DNA of 63,963 nucleotides, counting the filler, from Barthelona sp. PAP020 (Eukaryota), in assembly GCA_040182905.1 (NCBI GenBank). It is 3 parts of 3 records of this genome, joined end to end, with 100 filler letters (N's around TTAATTAATTAA, not from the genome) between each part and the next. Parts side by side here need not be neighbours in the genome. Positions count along the whole stretch, not along the records: positions 51,336 to 63,963 come from JARQWU010000340.1; 2 more parts are not named here. The stretch is one strand, 5' to 3'. The position numbers and the translations under genes were made by a program. The notes beneath the pieces were generated by a model that did no database searches, was not told the DNA's origin, and worked only from the letters and a program-made list of their open reading frames with translations. This document shows, piece by piece, positions 63,666-63,963 of this stretch (positions are counted from its first letter, which is position 1; each line of letters opens with the position of its first letter).

Positions 63666-63963
63666 ATGGTATTATATTGGTATTATGTGGATTTTCTAAT
63701 ATATTTAGATATATGCAACAGCTATTTTGTCACGAAGTGGCAAAGTGTTGTTAACGAGATATACGATTTACGCTCATAACATTGGCGTTTCGACTCAAGA
63801 TATTGAATCTGTCATTTTCAATTATCCTAAACTTTTGAAACAATCAAAAAAAAATACGAATGCTATTCATACTGAACGTTACACCATATTTTATGTTCCA
63901 TTGGAAAATTTGTATATTTTAGTTGTTGGTGAAGTTTCTACCACTGATATGATTGGAGAATTT
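63666..63963 (+). CDS. Coatomer delta-like longin domain, 5' fragment running off the window; exon 1 is the ATG only
   Basis: M|IYATAILSRSGKVLLTR...IESVIFNYPKLL...HTERYTIFYVPLENLYILV resembles delta-COP GKAIVSR...IEGLLAAFPKL...ETESVRYVYQPMEKLY. Confidence 0.7.
63669..63708 (+). other. Spliceosomal start-codon intron, 40 nt
   Basis: ATG|GTATTA...TTCTAAT ATATTTAG. Confidence 0.82.

Noticed and set aside
1..63963. Non-standard genetic code
   Set aside because: Conserved genes read through without internal stops and end in TAA, TAG or TGA at expected positions; the other breaks are explained by introns or the single AP-1 gamma site.

Overview
This is eukaryotic nuclear DNA, not prokaryotic: AT-rich, very gene-dense, intron-poor and read in the standard code (TAA, TAG and TGA all stop). 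The window is three segments joined by two artificial 100-bp linkers (N44-TTAATTAATTAA-N44 at 25503-25602 and 51236-51335), so gene order across those points has no meaning. The gene content suggests an anaerobic or microaerophilic flagellated protist. BBS1 implies a cilium; bacterial-type AdhE and a NuoE/24-kDa subunit with a short presequence fit a hydrogenosome-like organelle. A free-living metamonad-like lineage is plausible but not demonstrable here. I find about 38 protein genes and one tRNA-Phe(GAA). Reading outside the ORF track recovered six short (37-46 nt) 5'-biased spliceosomal introns, none with G at +5. These introns complete or reveal the Pol5/MYBBP1A-like, Arp3, Dpy-30, RPL24, PIG-W and delta-COP-like genes; a minimal SNRNP27-like gene was also recovered. 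Other highlights: a divergent BRCA2 with a recent tandem array of 14-aa FxxA-only (half-BRC) units; a three-copy ~200-bp dispersed repeat; a hairpin-rich ~200-nt candidate ncRNA after adhE; an AP-1 gamma gene split by a 1-nt frame break inside a clathrin-box motif; and a WD40 family with an unrecognised conserved C-terminal domain. All protein calls come from motif recognition by eye, with no database searches.
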